Assembly (NCBI GenBank): GCA_900617105.1
Contig: UYFQ01000001.1
Span: 1,922,001 to 1,986,000 of the forward strand
Direction of reading: 5' to 3'
Length of the DNA stretch: 64,000 nt
DNA from: Hydrurus foetidus
Taxonomy: Eukaryota
The notes beneath the pieces are model-generated. The model was not told where the DNA came from, searched no databases, and saw nothing but the letters and a program-made list of their open reading frames with translations. Positions 59,163 to 64,000 of the stretch are shown piece after piece (within the stretch, counting starts at the first letter, position 1; each line of letters opens with the position of its first letter). The translations under genes and the position numbers were made by a program.

Positions 59163-59272
59163 GATCAAGGGCTTTCAAGGTGGTTGGAAATGAGATTGCG
59201 GCAGGTTTTCTGCGACTTTTAACGAGTATTCGCTGATGATTTTACGCCCGAAAAAGCCTCTTGGGTGATTTG

Positions 59273-59291
59273 TCTTATGTCTTATATAAGA
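59273..59291. promoter_or_regulatory. TCTTATGTCTTATATAAGA site, probable operator of the adjacent GntR/HutC (SdhR-type) regulator
   Basis: Direct TCTTAT repeat plus palindrome TCTTATATAAGA between divergent mdh and regulator. Confidence 0.72.
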
Positions 59292-59318
59292 TAAGATTGA
59301 GATCAATCCAAATTTGCC

Positions 59319-60149
59319 ATGGCCGCACTTTTACCCCCCCTTTCAGCCGCCCCACACACGCCTGCACCGACTGCAGTTGCGGCTGGTGCAGCCGCGGCGT
59401 TCAATGAAGGGCCTGGCGCGTTAACGCCTGCCTTTAGCCCGCTTTACCAACAAATCAAAGCGCTGATTTTGCAAAGCCTGCAGTCAGGCGAATGGAAGCC
59501 TGGCGAAGCCATACCGTCTGAAATGGACCTGGCCACCCGCTACCGGGTGAGCCAGGGCACGGTGCGCAAAGCCATAGACGAGCTAGGCGCCAGCAACCTG
59601 GTGGTGCGCCGTCAAGGCAAGGGCACATTCGTGGCCACGCATGCCGCGCAGCAAGCGCAATTCAGATTTTTAAAACTGGTGCCCGACAGCGGCTTGCCAG
59701 GCAGTGAAGGCCCCGCCCAGCGCGAAATCATTGACTGCCGCCGCGCTAGAGCCAGTGCCGAGGTGGCCAAGGCCTTGAAGCTGCGCGCAGGCGACGCAGT
59801 GCTACAGGCGCGGCGCGTACTGAGCTTTGCCGGAACGCCCACTATTTTGGAAGACCTGTGGCTGCCTGCCGCGCCGTTCAAAGGCCTGACGGCTGAGCGC
59901 CTGGCCAGCTACGACGGCCCCATGTATGCACTGTTTGAAACCGAATTTAACATGCGCATGCTCCGTGCTGAAGAGAAAATACGTGCGGAATCAGCCATTG
60001 ACGGGCGCGACCAGCTATTAAAAGTAGAGCACGGCACGCCGCTTTTGGGTGTAGAACGCATCGCCTACACCTACCAGGACGTGCCCATGGAGCTGCGCCG
60101 CGGTTACTATCGCACCGACACGCACTATTACAGCAACACGCTTAACTGA
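59319..60149 (+). CDS. GntR/HutC-family regulator of TCA genes (SdhR-like)
   Basis: PLYQQIK..IPSE..VSQGTVRKA..QGKGTFV; UTRA-like C-terminus. Confidence 0.9.
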   Translation: MAALLPPLSAAPHTPAPTAVAAGAAAAFNEGPGALTPAFSPLYQQIKALILQSLQSGEWKPGEAIPSEMDLATRYRVSQGTVRKAIDELGASNLVVRRQGKGTFVATHAAQQAQFRFLKLVPDSGLPGSEGPAQREIIDCRRARASAEVAKALKLRAGDAVLQARRVLSFAGTPTILEDLWLPAAPFKGLTAERLASYDGPMYALFETEFNMRMLRAEEKIRAESAIDGRDQLLKVEHGTPLLGVERIAYTYQDVPMELRRGYYRTDTHYYSNTLN

Positions 60150-60162
60150 TCACACCACATCG

Positions 60163-60351
60163 ATGCCGCCCCAATCCGGTTTTAAAGGAAACAAAGCTGG
60201 TTTGCCTAGCAAGATTTGCGTTACCTGCGGCCGCGAAATGACCTGGCGCAAAAGCTGGGCTAAAAACTGGGCCAACGTGAAGTATTGCTCTGACGCTTGC
60301 CGCGCAAACAAATCTAAATCCCCCGCACCCGGCACGGCGGCAAAGCAATAA
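60163..60351 (+). CDS. DUF2256 protein
   Basis: LPSKICVTCGREMTWRKSW..NW..VKYCSDACR. Confidence 0.88.
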   Translation: MPPQSGFKGNKAGLPSKICVTCGREMTWRKSWAKNWANVKYCSDACRANKSKSPAPGTAAKQ

Positions 60352-60418
60352 CCCCCAACGTGGTGCGGCGCGTTGTTTGCAGCCGCAGACATGGCAGTCA
60401 CTTGGCATAATTTAGCGT

Positions 60419-62032
60419 ATGAAAAACATACCGTGCCGTCATTCGGTGTTGATATTGGGTGACCAGCTTGACGAGGCCTCTTCTGCGTTTGACGGCTTTG
60501 ACCCCCAACTCGACGCCATCGTGATGATTGAGGCTTTTGAAGAGTCCACCCACGTCTGGTCTCACAAAATTCGAACCACGCTTTTCTTATCTAGCATGCG
60601 GCATTTTGCTGAAGGCCTCAGAAATCGCGGCTGGCGGGTTCATTACCGCGCACTAGACACCCACGCCGACAAAACGTTGGCAGCGGGCCTGCAAGCGGCC
60701 ATTGAAATACACCAGCCGCAAGCGGTAATTGGCGTGGAGCCGGGCGATCAACGGGTCAAGGTACAGCTTGAAGATGCTATTAAATCAATAGCTGCTCGCG
60801 CCCATAAAACGGGCGCCAAAGCACTAAAAGACCCTCAAAAATCGTCGAATTTGCACATTGACTGGCGCGAAGACAAGCACTTTTTATGCAGCCTGCCCCA
60901 GTTCAGAAAGTGGGCGGGCACATCTGCCAGCCTGCGCATGGAGTTTTTCTACCGCACCATGCGTAAACAGTACAAGGTGCTGGTTGAAGGCAAAGCCAGC
61001 GACGAGCCGGTTGGCGGCCAATGGAATTTTGACGCCGACAACCGCAAAAGCTTTGGCAAAGCCGGGCCACAAAATGTGCCCACCGCAATTCAATACAAGC
61101 CAGACACGATCACCAAAGACGTCATCAAACTGGTCAATACCCATTTTGCTGGCCACCCCGGTCAGCTGGATGACTTCAACTGGCCAGTTACCCGCAAACA
61201 GGCGTTAGCGGCTTTAAAAGACTTCATCGACAACCGCCTGCCGCAGTTTGGCCCGCATGAAGACGCGATGTGGACCAACCTTGACTTTGGCTGGCATTCT
61301 CTGCTGTCAAGCTCGCTCAATTTAAAGCTGCTTAACCCACTAGAAGTGGTGCTAGCCGCTGAAGCCGCTTACAAAAAACATGACCTCGATTTAGCCAGCG
61401 TCGAAGGCTTTATTCGGCAAATTTTGGGCTGGCGCGAGTTCATGCGCGGTGTGTACTTCATCGATATGCCTGAGCTGAAGACCGCCAACCACTACGGCCA
61501 CACCAACGCCCTGCCCAAGTGGTACTGGACAGGCGACACGCACATGAACTGCATGAAGCAGGCCATTGGCCAAACGCTTAAAAACGGTTACTCGCACCAC
61601 ATTCAGCGACTGATGATTACCGGCATGTTTGGCGTCACGGCGCAAATCAGCCCGCAAGCCATGTGCGATTGGTACCTAGCGGTATATGTTGACGCAGTGG
61701 AATGGGTTGAGCTGCCCAACGTGGCTGGTATGGCGCTGTTTGCCAACGGCGGGCGGTTTACTTCCAAGCCGTATGTTGCCAGCGGCGCTTACGTCAAACG
61801 CATGAGCAACTACTGCAGCGGCTGCAAATACGAACCCGAAACACGCGTGGGCGCTGCCGCCTGCCCGCTGACCACGCTGTATTGGAACTTTTTAGACAAG
61901 CACGAAGCAACGTTTGGCAGCAACCCACGCACGGCGCTGATGGTCAAAAACCTCCAGCGCATGACGCCTGAGCTGCGCGCGCAAGTCCGGGAGCGGGCAG
62001 GCGAGATGCTTGGCGATTTGGACAGCCTGTAG
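60419..62032 (+). CDS. FeS-cluster bacterial cryptochrome/(6-4) photolyase family protein
   Basis: LILGDQL, H..K..FLSSMRHFA, RMEFFYR, GGQWNFD..NR, HHIQRLM, Cys in MNCM / YCSGC / ACP. Confidence 0.92.
   Translation: MKNIPCRHSVLILGDQLDEASSAFDGFDPQLDAIVMIEAFEESTHVWSHKIRTTLFLSSMRHFAEGLRNRGWRVHYRALDTHADKTLAAGLQAAIEIHQPQAVIGVEPGDQRVKVQLEDAIKSIAARAHKTGAKALKDPQKSSNLHIDWREDKHFLCSLPQFRKWAGTSASLRMEFFYRTMRKQYKVLVEGKASDEPVGGQWNFDADNRKSFGKAGPQNVPTAIQYKPDTITKDVIKLVNTHFAGHPGQLDDFNWPVTRKQALAALKDFIDNRLPQFGPHEDAMWTNLDFGWHSLLSSSLNLKLLNPLEVVLAAEAAYKKHDLDLASVEGFIRQILGWREFMRGVYFIDMPELKTANHYGHTNALPKWYWTGDTHMNCMKQAIGQTLKNGYSHHIQRLMITGMFGVTAQISPQAMCDWYLAVYVDAVEWVELPNVAGMALFANGGRFTSKPYVASGAYVKRMSNYCSGCKYEPETRVGAAACPLTTLYWNFLDKHEATFGSNPRTALMVKNLQRMTPELRAQVRERAGEMLGDLDSL
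60776..60831 (+). repeat. 56-bp element copy 16, in-frame in photolyase (AIKSIAARAHKTGAKALK)
   Basis: gctattaaatcaatagctgctcgcgcccataaaacgggcgccaaagcactaaaa. Confidence 0.85.
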
Positions 62033-62223
62033 ATTGGGAGCGCTTCAGAGGTTAATGAACGCGCCGTCAGCCCCTATTCAGACAAAAACTTTAAGCTATT
62101 GCCTTGCAAATGAAAGCAGATGCTGCGTTGCAATAGAATTTGAGGGTTTACCAGAATCCACGACACCCACCACCAGTTACGCAGCGGTTACTGAAACTTT
62201 TAAAACAATATTGAAAGCCACGC

Positions 62224-62667
62224 ATGTCTGAATCTGCAACCACTGCCAAGAAGCGGCCCGAGTTCCGCAATATCAACGCGTTTACCGACCTGCCCAGCTA
62301 TCGCTTGCCGGTGGCGGGCATCGTGTCCATCCTGCATCGCATCAGCGGCGCGATCATGTTCATTTTGCTGCCGTTTATTTTGTGGATGTTTGACAAGTCG
62401 GTGTCGTCTGAGATTTCGTTTTCAACTTTTAAAGCTGCTTTTAATGTCGGCATGTTGGGCTTGCCCGGCTTTATGTGGAAGCTGGTTGCGCTGGCGCTCA
62501 TTTGGGCTTATTTGCACCACGCGGTTGCAGGCTTGCGCCATTTGTGGTCTGACACACACCATTCGGCGGTGACCAAAGAATTCGGCAAAATCTCGGCCAT
62601 TGCCACGCTGGCGATCAGCGTCACGCTCACTGTTGTACTGGGTGCCAAGCTGTTTGGCCTGTACTAA
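62224..62667 (+). CDS. sdhC: Succinate dehydrogenase cytochrome b556 subunit
   Basis: YRLP..GIVSILHRISG; HH..AGLRHL. Confidence 0.95.
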   Translation: MSESATTAKKRPEFRNINAFTDLPSYRLPVAGIVSILHRISGAIMFILLPFILWMFDKSVSSEISFSTFKAAFNVGMLGLPGFMWKLVALALIWAYLHHAVAGLRHLWSDTHHSAVTKEFGKISAIATLAISVTLTVVLGAKLFGLY

Positions 62668-62726
62668 TTTAAATTTTTGCGGGTTAGATCTTCAGCTCTG
62701 ACCCCTACTGATCAGGAATCATATTT

Positions 62727-63092
62727 ATGGCAATCAATCACGGTACAAAACGCATTGTTGTAGGCGCACATTACGGCTTGCGCGACTGGCTGGCCCAGCG
62801 CATTACTGCGGGCCTGATGGCGCTTTTCACCACCACCGTGGTAGCGCAGGTTTTGTTCAGCAAGGGCCCCATTGGTTACGATAAATGGGCAGGTATTTTT
62901 TCATCGCAGTGGATGAAAGTGCTGACCTTCACGATCATCATTGCCCTCACGTATCACGTGTGGGTCGGCATGCGCGACATCTGGATGGACTACATCAAAC
63001 CCGTTGGCGTGCGCCTCGGTTTGCAAGTGTTCACCATTGTTTGGCTCACGGCTTGCGCGGCCTGGGGCGCGCAAGTATTAATGCGTCTGTAG
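62727..63092 (+). CDS. sdhD: Succinate dehydrogenase membrane anchor
   Basis: GAHYGLRDWLAQRITA; HVWVGMRDIWMDY. Confidence 0.95.
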   Translation: MAINHGTKRIVVGAHYGLRDWLAQRITAGLMALFTTTVVAQVLFSKGPIGYDKWAGIFSSQWMKVLTFTIIIALTYHVWVGMRDIWMDYIKPVGVRLGLQVFTIVWLTACAAWGAQVLMRL

Positions 63093-63154
63093 ACATAGAT
63101 TTGACGAGTTTTTTGCTATTTTGCGTTGACCCCTCATTGAGTTCGAAAAAATAA

Positions 63155-64000
63155 ATGACTTCTCTCACCCCAACACCGGCCGCAGCATCCTCCAAGCTTC
63201 CTTCGCGTAAATTTGATGTAGTCATCGTCGGCGCTGGCGGCTCCGGAATGCGCGCCTCACTGCAGTTGGCACGCGCTGGCCTGAACGTTGCCGTGCTGAC
63301 CAAAGTGTTTCCGACTCGCTCGCACACAGTGGCTGCGCAGGGCGGCATCGGCGCGTCGCTCGGCAACATGAATGAAGACAACTGGCACTACCATTTTTTC
63401 GACACCGTCAAGGGCTCAGACTATTTGGGCGACCAGGACGCCATTGAATACATGTGCCGCGAAGCCCCCAAAGTGGTTTACGACCTGGAACACATGGGCA
63501 TGCCGTTTGACCGCAACCCGGACGGCACTATTTACCAGCGCCCTTTTGGTGGCCACACCGCCAACTACGGTGAAAAATCAGTCGAGCGAGCCTGCGCTGC
63601 CGCTGACCGTACCGGCCATGCCATGCTGCACACGCTGTACCAGCAAAATGTGAAAGAAAAAACCAACTTCTTCGTTGAATGGCTGGCGATGGACTTGATC
63701 CGCGACGCCGCCGGCGACGTCGTCGGTGTGACCGCACTCGAGATGGAAACCGGCGACGTGCATATTTTTGAAGCTAAAACCACGCTGCTGGCCACGGGCG
63801 GCGCGGGCCGTATTTTTGCAGCGTCAACCAACGCATTTATTAACACCGGCGACGGCCTAGGCATGGCCGCGCGCGCAGGCATTCCGCTTGAAGACATGGA
63901 GTTTTGGCAGTTTCACCCCACCGGCGTGGCCGGTGCAGGCGTGCTGCTGACTGAAGGCTGCCGCGGCGAAGGCGCAATTTTGCGCAACAGCGATGGCGAG
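63155..64000 (+). CDS. sdhA: Succinate dehydrogenase flavoprotein, 3'-truncated by window
   Basis: [43 protein letters not shown]; absent from ORF track because no stop in window. Confidence 0.96.
   Translation, partial: MTSLTPTPAAASSKLPSRKFDVVIVGAGGSGMRASLQLARAGLNVAVLTKVFPTRSHTVAAQGGIGASLGNMNEDNWHYHFFDTVKGSDYLGDQDAIEYMCREAPKVVYDLEHMGMPFDRNPDGTIYQRPFGGHTANYGEKSVERACAAADRTGHAMLHTLYQQNVKEKTNFFVEWLAMDLIRDAAGDVVGVTALEMETGDVHIFEAKTTLLATGGAGRIFAASTNAFINTGDGLGMAARAGIPLEDMEFWQFHPTGVAGAGVLLTEGCRGEGAILRNSDGE

Overview
Betaproteobacterial chromosomal DNA, most likely Comamonadaceae (Polaromonas/Rhodoferax-like; inferred from protein families and the acnB-citE-like-mdh-gntR-sdhCDA order). Housekeeping content: cytochrome c, ndh, RluA, core methionine synthase, acyl-CoA ligase, Lrp-putA, ettA, rhlE, a gluconate GntR-gntK-TRAP unit and the TCA cluster. 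Accessory content: a ~13-kb heavy-metal locus (20.6-33.6 kb), a LysR-dabBA inorganic-carbon pump, two toxin-antitoxin-type pairs and several decaying genes. Most striking: (1) a ~56-bp double-hairpin element present 16 times, 9 of them in-frame inside genes in three different reading frames, in places apparently replacing rather than lengthening the protein and twice forming a signal-peptide core; (2) two paralogous leaderless, Cys-rich ORFs ending in KPPI whose stop regions can pair with the downstream Shine-Dalgarno, resembling CutF/CruR-type metal-sensing arrest peptides; (3) an orphan 58-bp attC-like site joining a TA pair to a cassette-like pseudogene, bracketed by direct copies of the 56-bp element. 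No rRNA, tRNA, CRISPR array, transposase or integrase was recognised. All family calls are by eye; no searches were run.
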